Below, one piece after another: positions 52,901 through 64,000 of a stretch of DNA of 64,000 nucleotides. A program made the position numbers and the translations under genes. The notes below the pieces were generated by a model. That model made no database searches, was not told where the DNA came from, and saw only the letters and a list, made by a program, of their open reading frames with translations. Positions within the stretch are counted from its first letter, which is position 1, and each line of letters starts with the position of its first letter. Source of the DNA: Balanoglossus misakiensis (taxonomy: Eukaryota > Animalia > Hemichordata); NCBI GenBank assembly GCA_040954595.2, contig CM082597.2:3929924-3993923 (forward strand), written 5' to 3'.

Positions 52901-55900
52901 TGTTGACACATTGTCATTCATGAATACAAAGAGCACCCTCTGTGGTGATTTAAGCATTTGTCATGTATGATAGCGCCCCAACGGTGATTTAAGCATTTGG
53001 CATATCTTTCGTTTGTAAGGTAAACCCGTGGAGAAGATAGGCAGACTTATATTTTTCAGTGGCTCAACTGGGGAAATATTGAAGTGGGTACAGGTTCCTG
53101 ATAAACAGGAGTCTTACTATTCTCCACAGGTACATAATGTGCATTTATAGCCGTTAAAGTTATTCACCAATAATCCATTATATTGTCACTGTTGTAAATA
53201 TTACTGGTAGTTAATTCTTGTTGGTTTGTACATGTTGTGCAGTTTTATTGTTAGTAATAAGTATTGTTACTTTGTAACTTGTTGACTGTTTGTGGTAGTG
53301 GTTGTATATCTCGATGCTGGTTATTGCCGTCTGTAATTTGTGATCGGTTGAGTGTCGTTGCACTGCTAAGGTTAATGTTTACTTCAATTTGTCCAGAGTG
53401 TCTTGACTTCAAATGCAGAAGTAAGATTTGCTTGATTGTCTTGAGTTTAGATTATATTTTTTATTGAAATCTACTTATTAAATGATATGAGTAGGAACAA
53501 ATATATGCAAAATGTGATATATACTGTGAGAACAGAGGGTGGACTATACTTTGATCATAGTTCGAAACATCAAGAATGTAATAAAATACATAACATGTAA
53601 TCTGAAGAAGATAAAAAAACTGCAAATTGTATAATCATATTTATATGTCAGTACTAAAAAAATATATAATGGTTTTCATGTGCGCTATTAAAGCAAGTTC
53701 ATCTCAAAATACATTTATATTCAAATACTAAATTTAATTTCATATGCAGTATTTCATGAAAATGTAGTAGATCTGCATGTTTATCCTGTAAACCCTGCGT
53801 GTATTAAACTTCAAAGTGTACATCAACTCACTGAAACTATAATGTTATTAGTTATATAATACATCTATAATATTACTATATACTTTCCAAAAATTAGCTT
53901 ATCTTTTATAATTCTGTGCAGTACATCCCTTGATAGAGTGAAACAAGAAAATAGCATCTCAACATGAGATACATCAGACAAAAACACACTGTGTTTACAA
54001 GGAGCTGTAAGCAATGATTGCCTACACGGTTGCATTCGCATTAATTTTGTTTTTCTGGCATGACATGGTAGCATGTAAGTGACGTTCAAGTCAACATAAA
54101 ACACCCAAGGAGGGGAAGTAATTGTAATGCCCAGAATAGAAGCCAATTCAAATCTATTTTCTTCCCACTTCCCCACTACAGTCAAATATGTTTTAATTAG
54201 CACCTCTATATTGTGGAGACTTCTCTATAGTGGCAACTCCAACCCACATCCCAAACTCTAAAAGAGGAAGTTAGCTGGATGAAATGAACTCAATAAGGCT
54301 GACTTCCTTTGATAGGAAAATTATGTACTTTACCCTGTCTTGAAAACAAAAAAGCTGGGTTTTTTTAACAACCCTTCTAGTTGTATGGCCTGACCTGAAA
54401 AAGAAAATCATCTGTGAATATCTTGGAAGTTTTCTTCTTGACTGACAAGGTGTTTCCGTTCATGGTGAGAAAATAACCCCTGTGCTTAGTGCTTTCGTAG
54501 ACCACCTTGCCGGAGTCCCCAATCTGTGTCTTGTAAAATAGCCGTGGGTCATCAGTGGTCTTGTCCCTTGAAGGACTGGACATTCTGTCTGTGACGTAAA
54601 CTCTGAATTGGGATCTTTGCCGGATGTAGTACACCACAATGCAGCCATCGGTGTCTGCAAACTGTAGCAGGGTTGGCCGTTTCTGTCCCGTGCTTCTGGT
54701 TTGGTAGTAGTGTTCTTTGATGTGATCTGAATTAAAAAGTAAAATAAAATTGAGCACACCTACTGCAGGGATTCTTGTGTCAAACTTCCATCGAAACCTC
54801 TCCACCAATTTAGATTTTGTCCACCCCATTTAAAAAAGCAATGAAGTTCATCTGATTTAATTATTGCCATGAGGAAGTGGACATAAATCTAAATGAAAAT
54901 CTTAAATTTCCATACCCAATATACTTAGAAGTTCCTATCTTACTTCCCCATATTTCTGCCAAGGTGCATGAAATTAATTCAATTGTACTTCCCAAAGAAC
55001 TTCTTGTTCCTGGTAGAATGAATTTTACTGACAAAGAAGGGGCAAGTCTAAAATATACCACTGATTTATTTTTAACCCCAGGTATTAACCTAAGACATTC
55101 GACCTACTTATCATGTTACCATATATGGTAACTTATAACGTTTGAATGTTTCTTCATAATGTTTTTTTTTATTTTCAAGTAAAATTTCTAATTCTAACCC
55201 AAATGTCAACCTAGGTATAATGTGACTTTTTTGACGTTTTTGTGATTATTTATTTTTAATGATTAAATCTGCTCAAATATGCTCAATCACTAGTAAAAAC
55301 TAAATTCACGACTTAAATGGGCAAAATATTTGGTATCTTGACTAAAATTTAAATGATGGAAGTCATATCCATGTGTTACATAAATGATCATGACAAACTG
55401 TGATTTGGCATATTTTTGTATGTTGAACATCAAACATTATCAAAAGAAACTTAATTATCAAAAATAATGTCAAAAGTGAGCAAGTTTGTCTTATTAATAA
55501 TATTGCAATTGTTGATAAGTGAATTGCTTCAAAAAATACGTGAAAGGTAAACATAACAATGATAAATTACAGTATCTAAAATTACTGTCATAGTTTCTTT
55601 ACAACAAGCTACCTTTCCACTGTCAAAATTTGGTCACTGAGCCTGCTAATGGTTAAATGAACATGTTGACTAAGTAAAAGAAGATGGAAGGTTGAACGTA
55701 CACATGCAGGTTTATACTCACAATTTGATGCTGATGCTCTGGGAGTATAGGGCACTCCCATCACCATTCCTGAGTTACTTTTCAGCAAGCAGCACATAGT
55801 ATGTCTTTGTAGTGACAAAGCCACACTCTGCACAACCACATCTCCGACATCACTACAGTGCCGCAGTGGTATCCTGGTTGCAGAGCCCTCGCAGATGGCT

Positions 55901-58900
55901 TCATGCTTTTTCCGGATGACCACAGTTTCAGCTGCGACCACATATATGTATTTGCTGGCAGCGGCCGGGCACACCTTGGCACTGATGTCGCTGACTTGTC
56001 TCACTAGCTTCTTGGTCGACTTGGAAAACATCTTGGTCTGTTGCAAGCAAGCCAGAATAAAAAATAAACAATATAGTATATGAATCATGTACTCTAGAAA
56101 TAATACTTCAACACTGTTTTATATTATATAGATCAAGCAACACCATTAGAGTCCACAGGATTAGCCAAAAAATTGGCGACGAGTGGGTAAATAGGTCACC
56201 AGAACATTTATGACAAATAATACAAATTACTAGCAAATGTCACAATTGTTGTAATTATTTTTTTACTAAACTACACAGTCTGCTTGTTCATACCAGGAAT
56301 CAGTTTAGCCAATTTAACAGTGTATAGACATACAAATTTCAAATGTAAGCTGCATGGTTCATAGTACAGCAAAACACTGGAGAAAATACAATAGTTAAGG
56401 CCAAGAGATCTTCAAAAATTCAAAATGAAATTAAGTTTTTCTATAGCTAGTCTCTTCTAGTCTTTTCCTGTAGTTGTGTGTGATTGTCATACTCACTAGT
56501 GTGTTACTTCCAATGTCTGATTGAATAGACAAAGATATCTATTAGTTGACTACGTCTTTCGGTGTGTACTCCTGTGAATCCCTGTAGACTATGAATGTGT
56601 GCGTGCTGGGGAAAAGACCTTAAGTCTTTATATAGCTACCGTCTGGAAACCACAGATAATATTAGATTTCTTGAAGGGTATCATATCTGTGGATTAAAGT
56701 CCGTAGGGGATTTCCCAAATATTTTGGACACCACCACATCGTGTACACTCTGCACTTTGAAACGAGATAGTCAAATTGTACATTAACTTCCTGATTTTTG
56801 TAACAATAGGCGGGGGTGGAATTCGAAGGGCACCGTGACCCTTCACTGGAATGGCACCTAAAGACAGGTTTATTGGCCAAATGATAAAATACCGGTATAC
56901 CAAATGGAAAGCATAAGAATGTGAATATCAATGTTGACTCAGTTACACTGATAATTTTTTTATCCTTTTGCAAACAATGATTGTGTACTACTTCCCTATG
57001 TACTTTGCAATGTTCTTCTGCAAATTACTGGCTACATATATAATTATGTAGTGTTGTACCATGAACTTTGGGATTGTTTGTTTTTATAAAAGCAGAACGT
57101 CTTTGTATTAAGCAGGGAAATTATTATCCAGGGAATTTTCACCTAAAAAGTTTTAACTATAATACTGGTGTTGAAGGGTAGAAGATATAGTCAGTTGTCT
57201 TGATCAGATAGCCGATAATGGCTCCAAAACATTCTAGGTTAGAAACTCACATAAAAAAAAACATATGTGAACTTGATGATTCACTATGAGTTGGACTGCC
57301 TACATTTGTGATATCATTACCCCTCCCAGCTTTGGTGGTATGGGGATTAACTTATGTCCGCTACAACTGAACTGGAATCACCATGGGATTATACTCTAAA
57401 TGATTCACCTCGTATGATAGCCATGTAAGCCAGTTTCTGAGCGACTCCAGCTCGTGGACTGTATAATTATCCAACCCCAACTTACACCAGACTTTTTCCC
57501 ATTACACAGAGATGTGATTTAATTGAAAAAAATGCAAATTAAGGTCACAACCTGCACAATGAGCTTTCAAAATACATGGTACATACAGTATATTCCATTA
57601 GCACCGTGTTTTCATCATTAATAATTTTAACTTTTTTGGTATTAAACAGATTTATTATGACAGAAATGGCAGAGAGGTTGTACTGTTTGGCACAGGCGGT
57701 GAAACGCATGGTGGTTCTTTGTGGGCGATTGGCTTACAGGAACTATTTCAGGGACATATACATCAGGTGAGGATTATAGATTTCGATTAGATTCCAATGT
57801 TCATGGGAAGTAATGCATCAGCTGTTCCGCCAATGTGCATTTCAAATTTTTAAGTTCACATAAAGGTTTCACAATAATTCAGCAAAGACAAGCATATGAT
57901 GACAAAATATAATAAAGTTAACAAAAATAAATTACTGGTTTCTACACAGGCAAAGGAACTTTACAGGGACAACTTCAAAGGAGTGATGACCCCTCCTGTT
58001 CTGGTTGACATAACTAGCGATGGTGTCACAGATATCATCATGGCCATGTACAATTCATCAGTGCTTGCTATTAATGGAGACACGTTTGACTACATATGGA
58101 ATTTTACCATGCCGTTGTCAGAGTCATACAGGTATGGTAATTACAGATTGAGTGTTGAAGAATGTTTTCATTCAACAAAGGAGTGCAGAAAAAAATCTCT
58201 ATGGTGGTGCCGCAAAATAAAACATAATACAACAGGATTTTCATGTATTCATGAAAAATGAAACAATCTCAGCAAACAGTACATTTCAGTCATATTCTGG
58301 TTTCTTGAATTATGATATGGTACCCTATGTAACTTATATAAGTTGTCAGTAAAACAGTAATAATAGTTTATAGTTAATAACTTGTTCTTAAAATTCATCA
58401 TGTTTCTATATTACATGTAGTACCCCAGCCCCTGGCTATTATAACACTGACAATATACCAGACTTCATGGTTAAGTATGCACATGGACCAGGATTTCCTA
58501 TTTACTACTATTCACAGGTAATGTGAACTGTGTATCAGTCAATATCTCATTTAATTTACATCCCTATTTAACACTCACCAACTTAAATATGTTTTTTTTT
58601 TCTCTACAAACCTGTCTAAACCTGAAAACTAAAAGACTAAGAAATTGTTGAGTTTACAGAAGTAACATGGTGTCCTATCTGAAAGGGACTGGAAAAGCTG
58701 TTCAGATTAAACAGGTTTCTTCATTAAATAGTGTTTGGATTAGACAGGTTTGACTATATGATTTTGATTGAATTCTCGTCAAATTCAAATATCACTAATG
58801 GCACAATATCCACTTGCTTTATTTTGGATAAGCTGTTTCATAGTACACTGACATTTGTTTGTTTGTTTGTTTGTTTGTTTGTTTGTTTGTTTATAGAGCA

Positions 58901-61900
58901 CCATTCTAGATGGCAAAACAGGCAAAGCATTACTGAAACCGTACATAAAAGACACAATAGGTTCTCAGAACTCACCCCTGACTGTGAGTATGGAAGGGCA
59001 TGGCAATGACATCTTCCTCTACTGGATAAGTGACTGTGAGAAACATGAAGGTGAACATGACAAAGAATTCACATTTGTGGAAGGTTTGTAAAGATTTCAA
59101 AATTTATGTTATTCTATTCAGATGTTGGCAGACTGAAATTCTCAATACACATTGTACAGTAAAATGTGTCTTAATTACAAAATTAACCTATAGCTAATTC
59201 AGTTAAGTGTGTAAATTCGCTAATTTGATATGCCTCTAATTAAAACTTTTCTCTATATTGTAACCATGGTGAAAGTGTTGTTATAGCTAAATTACCAGTA
59301 CATGTTATTGGCTATCAGGTAATTGCAGAAATATATGATTCTGTGGCCAACAAAAGTTCATTTGCATAAAGAAGTGTGCCGCAACCATGATCTACTTAGA
59401 CAAATCCTGTTAATCACAGACTAGTTTGGCTGCCTTTTAGTGTTTCTGTACACAGGAATAAGTGCTGTTTTTATGTCTTTGATACAATGTATGTCGTTTT
59501 TTATATCACATCATAGGTACCAATGTACATGAACAAAGTCGGTCAGATTTGTGTAAACTACGATTCAATTCCAAAGAATATACCAGACTGTACATGATGA
59601 ATAGACAATCTGGAGCCCTAGGAACTGTTTTGTATGATTCTGGTAAGTCGTCAAATTTTGTGCTCGACGAAAGTCATGATGGTCAAACTATACCCCAAAA
59701 TGACAACCAGAATATATTTAAAGGGAAGTAAAAATGCAAAAGTCCCCTACCACAACTTTAAATTAATTTTAATCAGATATGGTCTTCACATATTATTTAA
59801 CAGAGGAAAGATGGGAGCTTGAACATCGGAATGTGGTAAATACATCAGCTATGGCTTGGCAGTATGTCCAAAAACATCCACAGTTCAAGAAAACTTACCT
59901 GAAGCACCTTGAAAGACAGAAACAGCTCGAAAAAGAAGCAGAGAGTGGGCAGAAAGTTGACAGAACAGAGAATAAAGATTTTTCTGTTGAAGCAGAAACG
60001 TCAACGCCAAAGCAGACACACAATTTAATGGGCAAGAAAGCTAGGAAGGAGTATTCACAGACAGCTGGGCAGGAATCAGGTCCTACCAGAAACAAGAATT
60101 TCGGAGCTGATAGGGATAATGACAACAGGAATGATTTGGAAAATTTGTATCGTCGCTTTGGTTATCGTTATCCCCTGGGAAACCCACCAAATGCAGGCTA
60201 CTGGGAGGGGCAAAGACCAGGGAGATATCCGTATCCAGGTGTTTCAGGTACAGCTTGGCCGATGGATCCTGAAATAAACTCAAGACAACTTGAAGATAGA
60301 GTAGACGGGAGAGGAGGCACTGATCACAGATATGGCAGTAACGCGAACTCAGGTTATCAAAATAGTTTGCGAGACCGTGATCGACCTATCCCCGGAGGCC
60401 AGACAGGAATTAATGGACAGCACCAATATTCCACAAATCCGTATCAGACATATCATACACAAGTACCCATGGCTCCCACGGATGAGCAATCTGAATCGTT
60501 AGACTATCCCAGTGAGTTCTGGAAGTATTTCTTTGGTGAGCCTGAGGAAGGGGAGTATCTGAGACCTGCAGTGAATGAGGGCTATTCAAGTGGACACAGA
60601 CCAGGCAAACAGGAAGAAAAAAGATCAAAAGCTGTGAAAACACAAAATAGCCACATTGCGGCACAAACTAACTCTCAAACTCTAAACAAGAAATCTCGAA
60701 ATTTAGGGAGACTGGACAAACGTTCGACAAGTTTTTCTGATGTTGACGTTAACCATAACCTCAAGAGATTCCAGAAAAGAAATATAGCATACAATGGCGG
60801 CGGCCAGTTTCAAAATTTAAGGCATAGGTTTGATAAAATTTTTGTGGCAGAAGATGATCTCAGTGGCGTACATAGCCCATATATTGACAATCATAATGTA
60901 AATCATGAAGATGAACCAACACAAAGTTCAAAGGACGGACAAAAAATTGAGGTGCGAGAGGATACTACTGTTGAGAGAAAGGAAATAAACCCAAAACTGT
61001 CAGACCACTACAAACAAGTGGATCAAAGTGAAAAATTTATTAAAGAAATCCAACCAAACATTCGCAAGAGGAAGAAACGGCATGTTGGTTCACATGATGA
61101 TGGAGGTCTTCAGAGACTTTTGTCGACAGGGACGTTAGCTCCTACACTGAACTCTTCCAGCAGGGATGCCGGGCATAGCATCGATGTAATCTTTGCAACC
61201 TACTGGTTTTACCCTGCTAAGACTAGAGTTGTGTTTCCAGATCAACAGAAGTGTATTGATGATATGATGAACGATGAAGTTCAGAGATTTGATCCAAATA
61301 GTAAGTATATAGCCAGTAAATAAAACACTGCTTGTGTACAATAGATCCTATTGATCAAACAGTATAAATTTAACATACCGTTATGTCAGGAATTTATGAT
61401 TCACTATTTGTGTATTAGTCCTTGGTTTATTGCAAGACATGGCATTTGACTACTGCATACTGTTTTGAATACATGTACACTATTTGAACAACTCTACTTC
61501 AGCAACATAGCCCAAATACCTTCAGACTTACTTATTATTTTCTGATTCAGATGAATTTTATGGTGATGATCATGATGCATATGAAGACAAAGTGAGAGGA
61601 AAATGTCTTGGAGAAGGTGAGTAAGGCATGATCCATCTGTACACACACCAGTTGCAACACGATAAAATTAACACATATTATAAACACACAAAAATACCTA
61701 CCAATAGCACAATACATGCAAATCTGTATGAATTAATGTGATTAATGATACTATCTAAACCATTTTCTCCTTTATTTTATTTTTTACTCAATAACAGCTG
61801 TGTCTGTAGTTATTTTATTAGTTATTTTTTCCTCATAGTCTTTTTTATCAGTGGATTTCGCATGTACAACTTCAGTTGATCTTTTTACAAATTATGGTTT

Positions 61901-62253
61901 TATTTTGTCAGATTTTTATTCTGTGCAAATTTGGAGCTATGTAGATATGGCCTTCTTACACTGATGCAATGTTATGTCTATCACTTCTACCAGATGATGA
62001 TGATGAACACGAAGACCATGATGTCCACGAGTCTCAGACCAACTACAACCCATTCAACATCCACATGGGACAGATGACAGTTTACAGACTGACTCTGAAA
62101 TGTACGTGTGAAGGCGATCCCAGACTTGAAGACACCAGCAACCACTGCAGTAAAATATTACCGTTTGATCAACAAGAATGGGCGGCATACATGGGGACAC
62201 ATGGAAACAGTCTGTTCAACTCCAGAGAAAATCACCAAAAAAGGTCTCATTGA
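49952..62253 (+). CDS. FAM234/ITFG3-like type II membrane protein with FG-GAP-type repeats, about 12 coding exons
   Basis: Acidic N-terminus, one TM (VVYLVLLISLLVGMAFLSL), DVNRDGTPDVVIG, DIDSDGVRDC, DMNGDGIQDVL, DITSDGVTDII. Approximate exons 49952-50427, 51741-51949, 52435-52606, 53020-53129, 57650-57766, 57950-58131, 58421-58517, 58898-59083, 59517-59642, 59804-61300, 61551-61617, 61994-62253. Confidence 0.82.
50612..50810. mobile_element. AT-rich MITE-like element
   Basis: Imperfect terminal inverted repeats TCCCCTTACAAAAAATGTTTTATA and TATAAAAATATTTTTTTGTATTTAGGGA, with internal CTATAG palindromes. Confidence 0.5.
54377..56031 (-). CDS. Nested leaderless beta-trefoil protein, IL-1/IL-18-like, 219 aa
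   Basis: Coding exons 56031-55722 (donor GTGAGT) and 54726-54377 (pyrimidine tract + CAG) join in phase 1. C-terminus RLFYKTQIGDSGKVVYESTKHRGYFLTM...LSVKKK...DDFLFQV resembles the last strands of IL-1-family proteins. Confidence 0.7.
56627..56941 (-). promoter_or_regulatory. Putative promoter of the nested gene: TATA, NF-kB and AP-1 motifs
   Basis: TATATAAA (minus strand, 56634-56627); GGGGATTTCCC at 56706-56716; TGACTCA at 56935-56941; probable non-coding exon 1 ending at a GTGAGT donor at 56496. Confidence 0.65.
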
Positions 62254-62336
62254 TGCAGTTGGCAGTAATTTGCTAATGAAAAAACCCTTATGTATGTATT
62301 GGATGTTTGTCAAAATTTCCAACTCAAGTGGTACGT

Positions 62337-62504
62337 ACATACATACATACATACATACATACATACATACATACATACATACATACATACATACATACAT
62401 ACATACATACATACATACATACATACATACATACATACATACATACATACATACATACATACATACATACATACATACATACATACATACATACATACAT
62501 ACAT
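62337..62504. repeat. (TACA)n microsatellite in the 3' region of the FAM234-like gene
   Basis: Roughly 40 perfect units. Confidence 0.97.
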
Positions 62505-63737
62505 AAATACACACACATGCATGCACATTTATAGTATGTGTACCGGTATGATTGATGTATGTGTGATGGATATACACTGTTTTATGTGAACAAATATATG
62601 TATAATATATATACATAAAGGTGTGCATTATAGGCTGGAAGTCTCCTGTAGACTATATAGTGGAATACAATTGAGTAGCTGAACGAGAAACTATTCTGGC
62701 ACTATATATAGCTGTATAGTCTAGATTTATGCGCATGTACATTTAATACGTTGTATCCTATATGTAGAACATATTGTTATATGATATTATCTATACAGAT
62801 CTATATATACATTATATACATTAAATAGACATACAGCTTTAAGTAATAGCTAATGAGATTGATTGAATATACATAAGATTATATATTCATATAACAAATC
62901 AAGATTTTATTATTTTTCTGACAATATGCCTGTTTCCTGCTACATGATTGTTACAAAGGTGCATTCAACAGGTTATCAAGTCTTTCAGTGTTTTGTCATT
63001 TATACAAAACAAAACCATATGTCCATGCATGTATTTACTATTCGTTATCTATGCGGAAAAGACACTCAATATCCAGTGTTTCCAATACAAGGGCAAGGTT
63101 CTGTGCACACACACAGCGTCCATGGTTTATATGTATGAAATATAGGCTTTCAAAATATCCACCAGCTCTTAGTACCTGGAACATAATACACAAATTTAGT
63201 ACAGTTTTATAATACATGTACAAACATGCATAGTTAATGCAAACAACACATTTCTTGGAATAGCTATTGTCGTACATGTTTTGAATACAAATGTGAATAT
63301 GTCAACATATTAACCTAGAGTTACACGTCGATAATAAAGAGAGCTTCATGTTTTATGCAGAAATGTGTGAGCGTTTTTATTTTATGTCCCTTATAGCCAG
63401 ATAAACATTTCGCTCGCTTCATCTGGACGTCTAGACGTTAACCATCTAAGCATGGATATATTGACGCTTTAGCAGGACAATTTTGTGATAATATAACTTA
63501 TAAGGTATCGTATAAAGCTTATGAGAAACTGAATTGGCATCCTTTGCACATTGTTTTCCAGTAACAAATGTTGAACAGAGAAATTGAAGCCAGTTCATGC
63601 TATTCTAGATGTCATCATTACAAAGTTCTATAATATGTAATTCCTATCGTGTTGTGTATATTGTTAATCATTCTCACAAAGTGCCCAGACAACTAAGTGG
63701 TATCTTCTGAACTGGGTGTGGCCGTGTTGTCATAATG

Positions 63738-63926
63738 AATGATTTATATGTCAACCATTAGAATGTGCATTAAGACAAATACATGCCGAAATAGCTTTGG
63801 AGGTTTCTGTTGTTTAGTGCACATTAATTTCAGCTCTTCTGAATTGGTTGTTATAATGATTTATATGTCAACCATTAGGATGTGCATTAAGACAAATACA
63901 TGCCGAAATAGCTTTGGGGTTTCTGT
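63738..63926. repeat. Local direct duplication (~118-bp period)
   Basis: ATGATTTATATGTCAACCATTAG.ATGTGCATTAAGACAAATACATGCCGAAATAGCTTTGG occurs twice. Confidence 0.85.
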
Positions 63927-64000
63927 CATGTTTAGCACACGTTATTGTTGTGTTTACAGGACTAATGGATTTTCAATAATCATTCCACTTACCCTAAGTG

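Noticed and set aside
53460-54376. AU-rich elements in the 3' UTR of the IL-1-like gene
   Set aside because: Only scattered ATTTA pentamers, unremarkable in AT-rich DNA; not used as evidence.
62108-62628. YIHT/MYVC repeat ORFs
   Set aside because: Translations of the (TACA)n microsatellite.

Overview
Intron-rich eukaryotic (animal) DNA, not prokaryotic. The gene content (expanded intronless TRIM/RBCC genes, tectonin-like lectin, many small foldback elements) suggests an invertebrate, plausibly a hemichordate- or amphioxus-like deuterostome (inference). In order: a 5-exon putative ciliary-type gene with an intronic tRNA-Lys(UUU); two tandem TRIM-NHL genes; two divergent TRIM genes with proline-rich tails, flanking a 532-bp Mutator-like element and a solitary replication-dependent histone H3; METTL27-like methyltransferase; a secreted double beta-propeller lectin-like gene; a 12-finger C2H2 gene; a small secreted Cys-rich orphan; OXSM; and a FAM234-like gene. 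The strongest finding is a spliced, leaderless 219-aa gene nested antisense in a FAM234-like intron. Its C-terminal ~155 aa resemble an IL-1/IL-18-type beta-trefoil cytokine, with a candidate Asp cleavage site and TATA, NF-kB and AP-1 motifs upstream. All exon models were assembled by eye from GT/AG sites and phase; no database searches were run.
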